The notes beneath the pieces were generated by a model. It did no database searches, was not told where the DNA came from, and saw only the letters and a list, made by a program, of their open reading frames with translations. From Candidatus Eremiobacteria bacterium (GTDB lineage Bacteria > Vulcanimicrobiota > Vulcanimicrobiia > Vulcanimicrobiales > Vulcanimicrobiaceae): a stretch of 64,000 nucleotides of DNA. The stretch lies in NCBI GenBank assembly GCA_963758295.1, contig CAVWUU010000004.1:832001-896000 (forward strand), written 5' to 3'. Both the position numbers and the translations under genes were made by a program. Numbering within the stretch: the stretch's first letter is position 1; each line of letters opens with the position of its first letter. Positions 1 through 10,775 of this stretch are shown here, one piece after another.

Positions 1-480
1 CACGCGTGCCTGCACCGAGGCAGTGAGAAAAATTTTAACTTGTGCGAACGGCAGCACGACGGTTCCGATGTCGCGTCCGCACATCACAACGGCGGCGTCC
101 GCCGCAATGCGTCTTTGGCTTTCCACCATAGCTTCGCGAACGCGCGGATGCGCCGCAATCGTCGAGACGATGGCCGTTACTTCATTAGACTGGAGCGTGC
201 GTTCGTCGAGTTCCAGTTCTCCCGCGAAAATGCGAAAGCCCAGCGGCGCAGCGGCATCGAGCACGATACGAACGTGATGCGACTCCCAAAGCCGGACGAG
301 TGCGCCTTCATTGTCGGCTTCGGTGCGCGTTTGCAATGCGAGAAACGCAAGCGTGCGATACATGGCGCCGGTATCCAAATACACGATGCCAAGGCGGCGT
401 GCCAGCGCGTGCGCGACCGTCGTCTTTCCCGACGCGGCCGGTCCATCGATTGCGATCTGCAGGTGCGCCGGGATGCTCAT
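1..480 (-). CDS. cmk: Cytidylate kinase (partial, runs off window start)
   Basis: Manual minus-strand translation gives MSIPAHLQIAIDGPAASGKTT (P-loop) and GRDIGTVVLP..KIFLTAS. Not in the ORF track because it is truncated. Confidence 0.92.
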   Translation of the reverse strand, partial: MSIPAHLQIAIDGPAASGKTTVAHALARRLGIVYLDTGAMYRTLAFLALQTRTEADNEGALVRLWESHHVRIVLDAAAPLGFRIFAGELELDERTLQSNEVTAIVSTIAAHPRVREAMVESQRRIAADAAVVMCGRDIGTVVLPFAQVKIFLTASVQARV

Positions 481-542
481 GTCCGTGCCGCGGTTTCGCA
501 CCGGACACAGGCTTGCACCTGCATGCCCTCTAAAGGAAGGGC

Positions 543-1871
543 GTGGCTAAAGCGCGCTCCGTCTTTTACTGCAATGCATGCGGTTTCGAGTCCGCGCGAT
601 GGCTCGGCCGCTGCCCGCAATGCGAGTCGTGGAACTCCTTCGACGAGCGGCCATTCGCCGTAGCGACACGCGGCGCGAAAACGTCTCCCGCCCGCGGCTC
701 AACGCTTGCGCCCGTGCCCCTACGCGAAATCGACGGCCGAAAAATCGCGCGCATAAAAACCGGCATGGCGGAGTTCGACTCGGTGCTGGGCGGCGGCATC
801 GTGCCCGGAAGCCTGACGCTTGTCGGCGGTCCGCCGGGCGCCGGCAAATCGACGTTGTTGCTGCAGATTGCCGCGCAACTTTCCGAGATCGGTCCGACCG
901 TTTACGTTTGCGGCGAAGAATCTGCAGCGCAAGTGAAGCTTCGCGCGCAACGCCTTGCGCTCGCGAGCGGCGGCGAAGACGATCTGTTGATTTTCCCGGA
1001 GACGAATCTGCGCGCGGTGCTCGAAGCGCTCGAACGCATGGCGCCCGTGGCGCTGATCGTCGACTCCATTCAGACCGTATGGTTGCCCGAAGCCGAAACC
1101 TATGCCGGCAGCGTCACGCAAGTTCGCGACTGCACGCAGGCGTTGATGGAGTACGCCAAGCGCACCGGCTGCGCCACATTCATCGTCGGCCACGTAACTA
1201 AAGACGGCACCATCGCGGGGCCGCGATTACTCGAACATCTCGTGGATACGGTGCTCTATTTCGAAGGCGAAGCGAACGGCGAATACCGGATCCTGCGCGC
1301 TTACAAGAACCGCTTCGGTTCGATCGACGAAATTTGCGTCTTTGCAATGCACGATACCGGCCTGCAAGAAGTAGCGAATCCGTCGGAACTCTTCCTCGCC
1401 GGTCGCGACGCGCGTCCCAGCGGGTCGTGCGTCGTCGCGTCCATCGTCGGCTCTCGGCCCGTGCTTATCGAAGTGCAGGCGCTCGTTGGAGAAAGCAGCT
1501 ACGGGACGCCGCGGCGATTGGCGAACAATCTCGATCAGGCGCGCCTCGCGATGATTCTCGCCGTACTCGAACGCCGCGTCGGCCTGCAGCTGGGATCGCA
1601 CGACGTCTATGCGTCGGTCGCAGGCGGATTGCGCGTGAACGAACCGGCGGCCGATCTCGGCATCGCGCTCGCGATTGCTTCGTCGTTTAGAAACGTGCCT
1701 TTGCCGGCACATTGCGTCGCTTTCGGAGAACTCGGGCTCTCGGGAGAACTGCGCGGCGTCAATGCGGCGCAGCGCCGCGAAGCCGAAGCAAATAAACTCG
1801 GCTACCGAACAGTTTTTTCACCCGGCGAATATCGAGACATCGCGTCGGCAATCCGCGCGGCGCTCGGATAA
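543..1871 (+). CDS. radA: DNA repair protein RadA/Sms
   Basis: C4 zinc finger CNAC..CPQC, Walker A GPPGAGKST, KNRFG motif, Lon-like C-terminus. Confidence 0.97.
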   Translation: MAKARSVFYCNACGFESARWLGRCPQCESWNSFDERPFAVATRGAKTSPARGSTLAPVPLREIDGRKIARIKTGMAEFDSVLGGGIVPGSLTLVGGPPGAGKSTLLLQIAAQLSEIGPTVYVCGEESAAQVKLRAQRLALASGGEDDLLIFPETNLRAVLEALERMAPVALIVDSIQTVWLPEAETYAGSVTQVRDCTQALMEYAKRTGCATFIVGHVTKDGTIAGPRLLEHLVDTVLYFEGEANGEYRILRAYKNRFGSIDEICVFAMHDTGLQEVANPSELFLAGRDARPSGSCVVASIVGSRPVLIEVQALVGESSYGTPRRLANNLDQARLAMILAVLERRVGLQLGSHDVYASVAGGLRVNEPAADLGIALAIASSFRNVPLPAHCVAFGELGLSGELRGVNAAQRREAEANKLGYRTVFSPGEYRDIASAIRAALG

Positions 1872-1878
1872 CGGCCCA

Positions 1879-2757
1879 ATGGCCCTCTTCGAGATCGTTC
1901 CGAATCTCTCCGAAGGCCGCGATCTCAGCACAATCGACGCGGCCGTAGCCGCGATCGAAGAACAAGGCGCGCGCGTAGTACATCGCACGAGCGACCCGGT
2001 TCACAATCGCAGCGTCATAACCGCCGCCGGCGGCGCGCGGGCGATTTTGGCGGCTGCGGTAGCGCTGGCGGGCGTCGCCGCCGAACGAATCGATCTCCGT
2101 TCGCACAGTGGCGTCCACCCGCGCATTGGTGCGCTCGACGTGCTGCCGTTCGTGCCGCTTGAGGGCGCCGGTATGCCGGAAGCGGTCGCACTGGCGCACG
2201 AAGCGGGTGCGAGAATCTGGGCGCGCCATTCAATCCCCTCGTTTTTCTACGGTGCGGCCGCCCGGCGGCCGGAACGCGAATTGCTCGCCTCGGTTCGCGC
2301 GGGGCAGTTCGAAGGGCTCGACGCCCGTTTCACGGATCCCGCGTGGGCGCCCGATACCGGCGACGTCGCGAAACACGAACGAGCCGGCGCAGTAGCAATA
2401 GGCGCGCGCCCGATCCTGATCGCTTTCAACGTCGAACTGGCAACCGGCGATCTCGCCGTCGCGCGCAAGATCGCGCGGGTGTTGCGCGAGCGCACCGGCG
2501 GTCTCAAGACGCTTCGCGCGCTTGGGTTGCGCCTCAGCGACGACGTCGTTCAGGTGTCGCTCAACGTCACGAGGTACGATGCTACGCCGCTCTATCGCAT
2601 CGTAGAGCTGGTGCGCCGTCTTGCAGCCGAGGACGGCGTCGCCATCGGCAAGAGCGAACTCATCGGTTGTCTTCCGCGCGCCGCCGTCGAAACGGCCGCG
2701 CGGTATTACTTAGGAGACTGCGGGGATATCTGTGAAACGGCTCGTTCTTCTTCTTAG
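1879..2757 (+). CDS. ftcD: Glutamate formimidoyltransferase (FTCD N-terminal type)
   Basis: EIVPNLSEGR, DPVHNRSV, HSGVHPRIGALDVLPFVP motifs. Start set at ATG 1879. Confidence 0.9.
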   Translation: MALFEIVPNLSEGRDLSTIDAAVAAIEEQGARVVHRTSDPVHNRSVITAAGGARAILAAAVALAGVAAERIDLRSHSGVHPRIGALDVLPFVPLEGAGMPEAVALAHEAGARIWARHSIPSFFYGAAARRPERELLASVRAGQFEGLDARFTDPAWAPDTGDVAKHERAGAVAIGARPILIAFNVELATGDLAVARKIARVLRERTGGLKTLRALGLRLSDDVVQVSLNVTRYDATPLYRIVELVRRLAAEDGVAIGKSELIGCLPRAAVETAARYYLGDCGDICETARSSS

Positions 2758-5423
2758 CTGCGCGTTTGCGCTAATTGCAGCAACGCCGGCCTCTACCGAT
2801 GTGGGAGGCCCCGGCGATCGCGGCATTTTCACCACGCAGCTCGCGAACGGCCTTAAAGTCGTCGTTGTCGAGGACCATGCGGCGCCGGTCGTGCAAACCG
2901 CGATCTGGTACCATTTCGGTTCGCTCGACGAGACGCCGGGGAAGACGGGACTCGCCCACGCGCTAGAGCACATGATGTTTCGCGGCAGCGAGCACATCTC
3001 GGCCGGCGGTCTCGACGACATCGTTGCGAGACTCGGCGCGCAGATGAATGCCGAAACGTCGTACGACGCCACACATTTCTACTTCGTCATGCCCGCCGAT
3101 AAGTTAAACGTCGGGCTGGCTATCGAATCGGATCGCCTGCAGCATTTGCTTCTCCAGCAGTCGCAGTGGCAAATCGAACGCGGTGCGGTATTGAACGAAC
3201 TGGAAGGCGACGAAAGTTCCCCGTTCTACAGCCTGCTTTCCGCCGTGCGTGCCGCCGCCTACCCGGGCGAGCCCAACGGACGCACGCCGATCGGCAAACG
3301 CGCCGACATCGAAAGAGCGACCGCAGCCGACATCGGCACGTACTATCACGAGTGGTATGCACCGAACAACGCGACCCTCGTCGTGGCGGGCGACGTGGAC
3401 CATTCCACGGTATTTTCCTCGGCGAAGCGCTACTTCGGCAGTATCCCCTCGAAGACGTTGCCCGCGCATCGAGAAACGCATCCCACTCCGGCTTCGCGCG
3501 GCGCCGTCGTTGAATCCAGCATGCCGTTCCCGTTCGAAGTGCTCGATTTGGCCTACGCGGTTCCCGGCGATACGGAACCGGGCGAACCGGCGGTCAGCAC
3601 GCTCGCGACGTTGATTCCCGACCAGCTTTCACCGTTCTATCAAGCGCTCGTGCAAAGCAACGTCGCGCTCGCGATCGAAGCGGATTCAGATACGCAACTC
3701 AAAGGCGGATTGCTGAACGTCTTCATCGTGCTCAATCCCGGACATACGAGTGCGGAAGCGCAAACGATCTTCCAATCGACGCTCGATCACCTTCTCCAGT
3801 CCGGTTTTTCGGACGATCTGGTGACCGCCGCAAAGCGTCTCACGATTTCGGAACGGCTGTATGCTGCCGACTCGATTAGCGGAATAGGCGATCTGGCGGG
3901 ATATACGTACGGCATCGTCGGCGAAAAAGTGAACGACGAAGATACGCGCCTTGCCGCGTTGACCTCCGCCGATCTGCTTGCGACGGCGAAAAAGTACTTA
4001 AGCACTCCGACGGTCGTCGGGCATTTGCGTTCCAACGCTTCGCAACCGCAAGGCTCGTCGCAAAAGAGCGATGCGGCTGCAAGCGACGACTTTTCCAAAC
4101 GCGTGCCGAACGGGCCGATCGTCGAACCGGCCGAAATTCGTGAAGCGTTGCGCACGCCGACGACCGAACGCAGTAAACTGAATCCAACGCAATTCACGCT
4201 GCCGAACGGCATTCGCGTGATCGTGCAAGAGAAGCACGATCGCCCAACTTTTGTCTTGCGCGGCGATATCGATTCCTCGCCGGCGTTTGCGCCGCCCGGA
4301 AAAGAGGGCATCATCCGGCTGGCATCAAGCGTGGCAGACTACGGCAGCGCCAATTATCCCTTCGCACAGCGCCGCAAAGCGATCGACGACCTCGGCGCCA
4401 TGGTCAACAGCGGTCAAGAATTCAGCGCGCGCGGTCTTGCGAAAGACTTCTCTACGATCGTCGGAATCGTCGCCGACGCGCAGGAGCATCCGACCTTCGC
4501 CGACCCGTGGTTTTCGCTGGAACGCGACCAACTGGCGAACAGCCTGCAATCGGAAGATACAATCTCCGGCGTCATCGTAGAACGCGCGTATCTCGGATTG
4601 CTCGCATCGACCGGCGATCCGTCGTTGCGGCACGCAAGCTCCGGCAGCGTATCATCGATCACCCGTGAGGATCTCGCGTCGTTCGCGAAAATCGTATTGG
4701 CGCCCGGATCTCACGACGATCGCCGTCGTGGGTGACGTCACCCCGGACCAAGTGCGGTCGGCGCTGACGTCGGCCTTCAGCGGCTGGACGGCGCAGGGCG
4801 CAAAACCCGATCCGCACAGCTTGCCGTTTCCCGCCGCGCATCACGGTCACGATTACGTCGGAACGGGCGCCTCGCAAGTCTACATTCGTTTGGGACAGCC
4901 CGCCGTGGCGCGTACGAATCCCGACTACGACACGTTCCTGGTCTTGAACCAGATTCTCGGCGCAAGCGGCAGCTTCGAATCGCGCCTGTGGCAAGAACTG
5001 CGGCAGAAACGGGGTCTGGTTTACACCGTAGGAAGCAGCGTCAGCGCCGACGGCGACCGCGGCGACTTCCGAATCGAAATCAACGCGTCACCCAGCCGCG
5101 TTGTCGAGGCGGTGAAGTTCGTGCGCTCGGAATTGGCGCGCTTCCAAACGCAACCCGTCTCGGCCACCGAATTGCAAGAAGCAAAACTCCGGCTCGTCAG
5201 CAACGCATTGCTCGACGAAGCCTCGGCGGACGGTCAGGTCGGCCAGCTGCTCGACATTGCGTCGAACGGCCTGCCCGGTGATTATTACCGCAGCCTAAAC
5301 GAGCGTTTCGGCCGCATCACCGCCGCCGATGTGGAACGGGTCGCGAAAAAATACCTCGCACCCGACCAATTGGTGCAGATTTACGCGGGGCCGCCCGGAG
5401 TTTGGGCACAACGCTCGATATGA
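2732..5423 (+). pseudogene. Secreted M16 (pitrilysin-family) peptidase split by a frameshift near 4690 (pseudogene or assembly error)
   Basis: Signal peptide and HALEH (HxxEH) in ORF 2732-4735. The M16 C-terminal part (YWRPDLTTIAVVGDV...SRLWQELRQKRGLVY) continues in the frame of ORF 4665-5423. Confidence 0.8.
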
Positions 5424-6805
5424 CGGCCACGACGACGGCGAAAGCTTTCTCGACAATCGACCCGGCGAGCGGCGAACCGCTCGAACGGTTTGAACGCTGG
5501 AGCGCGCAGCAGTTCGACGCAAAGCTAACACAAGCGCACGAAAGCGCGGCGCAGTGGGCCGCGACGCGCATGGAAGAACGCACCGCGCTGCTTCTCAGCG
5601 TCGCAAAAGGGCTGCGATCGCAACGCGATCACCTTGCGCGCACGGCGGTCCATGAAATGGGGAAGCCGTTCGCGCAAGCGCGATCGGAGGTCGAAAAGTG
5701 TGCGTGGTGCTGCGAGTACTTCGCGCACAACGGTCCCGCGATGCTGGCCGACCAACGCATTCAAACCGAAGCGTCCGAGAGCTTCGCCGCATTCCGCCCG
5801 CTCGGCGTGATCCTCGCCGTGATGCCGTGGAATTTCCCGTACTGGCAAGTCGTACGAGCCGCCGCACCAGCCATTATGGCGGGCAACGGGATCGCGCTCA
5901 AACACGCCGAGAGCACGACTCGTTGCGGCTTGGAATTGGAACGCGTTTTCAATGAAGCCGGTGCTCCGAGAGGATTGTTCACGGCGTTGCTCGTGACGAA
6001 TGACGAAGCCGACGAAAAAATTGCCGATCCGCGGATCGCCGCCGTAACGTTGACCGGAAGCGAGCGCGCCGGCGTTGCCGTCGCGACGGCAGCCGGCAAA
6101 GCGCTCAAGAAATGCGTGCTTGAACTCGGCGGTTCCGACGCGTTCGTCGTTTTCCGCGACGCGGATTTAGACAAAGCCGCCAAGACCGCCGTCACCGCGC
6201 GCTTTCAAAACAACGGGCAAAGCTGCATCGCCTCGAAACGCTTTATCGTGGACTCCGCGGTTCACGAAGAATTTGCCAAACGTTTCGTGGAAGCCGCGCG
6301 AGCGCAGCAGATCGGCGATCCGATGGACGACGCGACCCAGATCGGTCCCGTCGCGCGCGCCGACTTACGAGACACGCTGCACGAACAAGTTTCAGATACG
6401 GTCAAGGCCGGCGGAAAGCTGCTGCTTGGCGGAAAGCCGTTAAGTCGCGAGGGTTTCTTCTACGAGCCGACGATCGTAGACGACGTCCGGCCCGGCATGC
6501 GAATGTTCGACGAAGAGACGTTCGGGCCGGCTGCGGCAATCGTTATCGCGAGAGATGAAAATCACGCGATCGAGCTTGCGAACCAATCGAGTTACGGGCT
6601 TGGTTTTTCGCTGTGGACAGCAGACAAGGCCCGCGCGAAAGAGTTGGCCGCGAAGGTCGAAGCGGGCATGGTCTTTGTGAACGCCATCGTTGCCAGCGAT
6701 CCGCGTTTACCGTTCGGCGGCGTAAAGAAAAGCGGCTATGGCCGCGAGCTTTCGCCGTTCGGAATCCACGAATTCGTAAACGTCCAAACGGTTTCCATCG
6801 CTTAA
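5420..6805 (+). CDS. NAD(P)-dependent aldehyde dehydrogenase (succinate-semialdehyde dehydrogenase-like)
   Basis: MPWNFP, LELGGSD, GQSC, EETFGP, PFGGVKKSGYGRE. ATG overlaps the upstream TGA. Confidence 0.92.
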   Translation: MTATTTAKAFSTIDPASGEPLERFERWSAQQFDAKLTQAHESAAQWAATRMEERTALLLSVAKGLRSQRDHLARTAVHEMGKPFAQARSEVEKCAWCCEYFAHNGPAMLADQRIQTEASESFAAFRPLGVILAVMPWNFPYWQVVRAAAPAIMAGNGIALKHAESTTRCGLELERVFNEAGAPRGLFTALLVTNDEADEKIADPRIAAVTLTGSERAGVAVATAAGKALKKCVLELGGSDAFVVFRDADLDKAAKTAVTARFQNNGQSCIASKRFIVDSAVHEEFAKRFVEAARAQQIGDPMDDATQIGPVARADLRDTLHEQVSDTVKAGGKLLLGGKPLSREGFFYEPTIVDDVRPGMRMFDEETFGPAAAIVIARDENHAIELANQSSYGLGFSLWTADKARAKELAAKVEAGMVFVNAIVASDPRLPFGGVKKSGYGRELSPFGIHEFVNVQTVSIA

Positions 6806-7134
6806 ACCAAGTCGCGGTTCTCCGCGACGAGCTTCAGCAACGCCGGCGACCCGGTTTCTTTCGCGAACGGTTCCAGCACTCCGAGAAAGCGGCGCCAACG
6901 CATCGCCCGGCCGGCCTCGCTTCGGCGACCATTGAGCGCGTCGAGACAGAGGAGGGAAATGAGTCGTGCGCGGCGCCAGACGACGGGCGTCTGAGGCGGA
7001 AACGCTTCCAACAGCTGCATCGAGATGCGGCGGGAAAGCGCAAACGCTTCGGGTTCGAGCGCTAAAGCCAAGCGGCTTGGTAAAGCGGAATCCTCGCGGG
7101 GAGTTTCTACGACAAGCGATCTGACGGGTGTCAT
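6802..7134 (-). CDS. Hypothetical protein (110 aa)
   Basis: ATGA overlap with the MFS stop. Fills the gap to the convergent gene. Confidence 0.6.
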   Translation of the reverse strand: MTPVRSLVVETPREDSALPSRLALALEPEAFALSRRISMQLLEAFPPQTPVVWRRARLISLLCLDALNGRRSEAGRAMRWRRFLGVLEPFAKETGSPALLKLVAENRDLV

Positions 7135-8693
7135 GCGCGAACCTTTCCTTGAAGCAGCGCGACGAGCGGCACGGCAACGAATCCAAGCGCGCCGATGAGC
7201 GCAAAGGCATCGGCATACGAAAGTGTCCTGGCTTGCGACGTAACCAGTTGGTAAAGCGTTGCGAGCGGATGCGTTTGCAAGAACGCGACCACCGGCGGGT
7301 TGTGCAACGTGACGTTGCTTGCAAGCACGTTTTGATGAAACTCTTCCCGGCGATCCATCAACGTTACGAGCGAGGCCGCCGCGACGGAGCCGCCGAGTTG
7401 CGTCCACAGCGTTACAAAAGCCGACGCTTTAGGGGCGTCTTTCGGCGACACCGCGCGAAGCGCGCAGACCAGCAACGGCGTGAAGATAAAGGCGATTCCG
7501 AAGCCCGTCACGAGCAGCGGCGGGGCCAGCGTCCCGAGCGTTGCCCCGGTCACGGTAACGCGCGAAAGCCAAATCGACCCCGCAGCCGCAACGATAAGTC
7601 CGCCGGCGATGAGCAACCGCAAATCGATCCATTTTTGGTTCGCCAGCCGGCCGACCGGAATCGTGAGCAGGGCAATCGGCAGAGCACGAACGCCGATCAG
7701 CATGCCGGCGAGCGTCGAAGTAAAGCCCAGTTCACTGACGGTGAACTGCGGAAGCAAAAGCAGAACGCCGTAAATGCTCGTCGCAATGCCGGCCGCTACA
7801 AGTGAAGCCGCGGCGACGCCGCGCGTCGCCAACACACGCAAGTCGACGATGGGCACGGGCGTGCGCAGCTCCCACCAAACGAAAAGAGCGCCGGTCGCAA
7901 TCGCGACCATTGTTGCCAAAGAGATACCGGAGCTCGAGAACCAATCGTCGTGCTGGCCTTGATCGAGCACGTACTGCATCGAGGCAACGGCCACCGTTAG
8001 CAGCGCGATGCCCGTAACGTCGACCGCGCCGTCACGCTTGGGACTCTCACGCAACAACAATGCAAGCATCACGAACGCGATGATGCCCGGCACGATATTG
8101 ACGTCGAAAACCCACTGCCAAGACAGAGCATCGGTGATTATTCCGCCGAGTGTCGGCCCGATGGATGGTCCCAAGATCGCGCCCATCGCAAATATAGATT
8201 GACTCGTGCCGAGCTGCTCCGTGGGAAACGTTTCGCGTAGAATCACTTGCGCCATCGGCAGCAGGCCGCCGCCAAACGCGCCTTGGATGATTCGAAAAAG
8301 AATCAGCGCATCGAGCGACGTCGCCATTGCGCACAAGACCGATGCAACGGTGAATCCGGCAATGGAGATGAGGAAGTAGTTGCGGCGGCCGAACCGCGCC
8401 TGGAGCCACGGCGTCAACGGAATCACGACGACGTTTGCGATAACGTACGCGGTTACGACCCACGTCGCTTCGTCGACCGTCGCGCCGAGGTTGCCCTGAA
8501 TCGTAGGAAGCGCAACGTTGACGATGGTCGCGTCGACCGTTTGCAGCAGTGCGGCGAGCATGACGCCCGCGACGATCAGCGCACGACGCGCACCGTACTC
8601 GACGTACGACGGCGGAGCGCCGACGTGCAGGCACGTCGGGCGCGGAACAATAGGCAACAAGGCGCGCACGGGTGTGCGCACTGCGGCTTGCAT
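7131..8693 (-). CDS. DHA2/EmrB-QacA family MFS efflux transporter
   Basis: DATIVNVALPTIQGNLG, GPSIGPTLGG, many hydrophobic segments. Confidence 0.93.
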   Translation of the reverse strand: MQAAVRTPVRALLPIVPRPTCLHVGAPPSYVEYGARRALIVAGVMLAALLQTVDATIVNVALPTIQGNLGATVDEATWVVTAYVIANVVVIPLTPWLQARFGRRNYFLISIAGFTVASVLCAMATSLDALILFRIIQGAFGGGLLPMAQVILRETFPTEQLGTSQSIFAMGAILGPSIGPTLGGIITDALSWQWVFDVNIVPGIIAFVMLALLLRESPKRDGAVDVTGIALLTVAVASMQYVLDQGQHDDWFSSSGISLATMVAIATGALFVWWELRTPVPIVDLRVLATRGVAAASLVAAGIATSIYGVLLLLPQFTVSELGFTSTLAGMLIGVRALPIALLTIPVGRLANQKWIDLRLLIAGGLIVAAAGSIWLSRVTVTGATLGTLAPPLLVTGFGIAFIFTPLLVCALRAVSPKDAPKASAFVTLWTQLGGSVAAASLVTLMDRREEFHQNVLASNVTLHNPPVVAFLQTHPLATLYQLVTSQARTLSYADAFALIGALGFVAVPLVALLQGKVRA

Positions 8694-8745
8694 CGGGGAC
8701 CTTTCTGAAAATTCTGCGCGCGTCGTAGACGCCGCTTCTCTGCAA

Positions 8746-8797
8746 TGCTAGGATAATGGCTGCGGCGTCCTATGACGAGACCGCCGTTATCCTAGCA
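8746..8797. promoter_or_regulatory. Inverted-repeat operator candidate for the MmyB-type regulator
   Basis: tgctaggataatggc-N22-gccgttatcctagca (14/15 match) between the divergent MFS and regulator genes. Confidence 0.65.
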
Positions 8798-8814
8798 CTG
8801 GAAGTGTAAGCCTC

Positions 8815-9660
8815 TTGCTTCAACCACATATCGATGAGCGGCGTGCCGAGCTGAGCGATTTTCTCCGCTCGCGTCGCGCCCGGCTCTCGCCGGCGGACGT
8901 CGGTCTTCTAGATGGACCGCGCCGGCGCACGCCAGGGTTGCGCCGCGAAGAAGTTGCGTTGCTCGCCAACATCGGCGCGACGTGGTATACGCGGCTCGAA
9001 CAGGGCCTGCCCATCAACGTCTCTACCGACGTCATCGAAGCCATCGCGCGTGCATTGCGGCTGTCGCGTTCTGAACGCCGTCACTTGTTCACGCTTGCAG
9101 GCCACTCGATTCCCGAGTCGGAGGAAGCACCGGACGAAGTCGTGGGCGATTTGCTTTTGCGCACGCTCGCGGCGCTAGAACCGAGCCCGGCATACATTCG
9201 CGGCCGGCATTGGGATTTGCTTGCATCCAATCGCGCTTGGCGCGCCGCTCTCTGCTACGACCCGAGCGACCCCGCCGATCGCCCGAACATGCTATGGAAC
9301 TTCTTCACCAAGCCGGAGTCGCGTGTTCGTCATCCGCAATGGGAGACGATAGGACCGAAAATCGTCGCCCAATTCCGCTCGGTCGCCGCGCGCTATCCGG
9401 AAGATCCGTCGTTCCGTTCGCTCATCGAGCGCCTTCAGGATCGCAGCGAACACTTCCGCCGCTGGTGGGCGCAGCACGATGTGTGCGAAGTGACGGAAGG
9501 CCTGAAGCACTTCTTCCATCCGCTTGTCGGCGAGTTGAAACTCGATCACACCGCCTTGTTGGTGCCGGATTTTCCGGACATGCGGCTTGTCGTGTACACA
9601 GCTGAACCCGGATCGGAATCCGAGCGCAAGCTTCAACTGCTGACGACACAACTTACTTGA
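8815..9660 (+). CDS. XRE/MmyB-family transcriptional regulator
   Basis: FLRSRRARLSPADVGL..RRTPGLRREEVA..WYTRLEQG plus a PAS-like C-domain. Confidence 0.93.
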   Translation: MLQPHIDERRAELSDFLRSRRARLSPADVGLLDGPRRRTPGLRREEVALLANIGATWYTRLEQGLPINVSTDVIEAIARALRLSRSERRHLFTLAGHSIPESEEAPDEVVGDLLLRTLAALEPSPAYIRGRHWDLLASNRAWRAALCYDPSDPADRPNMLWNFFTKPESRVRHPQWETIGPKIVAQFRSVAARYPEDPSFRSLIERLQDRSEHFRRWWAQHDVCEVTEGLKHFFHPLVGELKLDHTALLVPDFPDMRLVVYTAEPGSESERKLQLLTTQLT

Positions 9661-10774
9661 CGTGAGCGGATATCCGTTCGATTCCCTCGCGAACTTTTTC
9701 GAGCGGAGCAACCCAACTCAAGCGCAGCCAGCCCTCGAAGCACTCGCCGAACGCCGAACCGGGAATCGTAAGCACGTCCCGCTTGTCCAGAATATCCAGC
9801 GCGCCGTCGAGCGATTTCGTCTCGTCCGGTAAACGCACGCACGCGTAAAAGCTTCCTTCGGGTTTGATGTAACGCAAGCGGCTCGCCTCTAAGGCGTCGA
9901 CAACGCCTTTCCACTGGTCGCGATACCAGCCCGCGTGTTCTTGCAGACCGCCCGGAGTCGTAAAGATACTAAGCGCAACTTGCTGCGCGAACGTATCCGC
10001 GCAGGACGTAACCCATGCGTGCGTCTTCACCGCTTGTTCGATGAACGCGTGCGGCGCAACGATCCACCCAAGGCGCAAGCCGGTGAGCGCGTTGCTTTTG
10101 CTCAACGAGTTCGTAACGATCGCATAGGGATAGAGCTTAGCGAGAAACGCTTCATCTTCGACGAAGGTTTGTTCGCGGTAGATCTCATCGTGGATCAGCC
10201 AAACCGGATCGCCGCCTCGCGACTCCAACGCGCGCACGAGCTTCTCCGCCTCACCGCGATTGATGACGCGCCCGGTAGGGTTATTCGGCGAACAAATCAC
10301 GATCGCGCGCGTTCGGCCGGTAAGACCGGCGAGAATACGATCCGCATCGATGCCGAAATCGTCGTCTTCGCTCATCTGCACCGCGCGCACCGCAACGCCT
10401 TCGAGCTTGGCCATCTTCGCGTACGCCGGAAAGGCCGGTTCTACGATCAGCAGTTCGTCCTTTGACGGATCCAGCAGCGTCTTGAGTGTTACGTACATCG
10501 CTTCTTGCGAACCGGTCGTGATGCAAACATTAGCGGCACGGTGCATTTCGGGATAGTTATAGTGCCCGGCGATCGCTTCACGAAGGTGATGGTCGCCGGC
10601 GTTGAGCGTGTACTTCATACCGTGCTCGCGCACGTACGCCATAGCTCGCTCGAGATGCGCGGCATTCGGCATCAACGACGGTTCGCCGAGTCCGAGATCG
10701 ATCGAAGTCGCCCGTTTCTTTGCGGCGACTTCGCGAATGAGCGATCCTTTGATGTCGAGGACTTTGGGATTCAC
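9653..10774 (-). CDS. PLP-dependent class I/II aminotransferase (possibly DapC)
   Basis: SPNNPTG, DEIY, SLSKS..GLRLGW. Starts 1 nt after the dapD stop. Confidence 0.88.
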   Translation of the reverse strand: MNPKVLDIKGSLIREVAAKKRATSIDLGLGEPSLMPNAAHLERAMAYVREHGMKYTLNAGDHHLREAIAGHYNYPEMHRAANVCITTGSQEAMYVTLKTLLDPSKDELLIVEPAFPAYAKMAKLEGVAVRAVQMSEDDDFGIDADRILAGLTGRTRAIVICSPNNPTGRVINRGEAEKLVRALESRGGDPVWLIHDEIYREQTFVEDEAFLAKLYPYAIVTNSLSKSNALTGLRLGWIVAPHAFIEQAVKTHAWVTSCADTFAQQVALSIFTTPGGLQEHAGWYRDQWKGVVDALEASRLRYIKPEGSFYACVRLPDETKSLDGALDILDKRDVLTIPGSAFGECFEGWLRLSWVAPLEKVREGIERISAHVK

Positions 10775-10775
10775 G

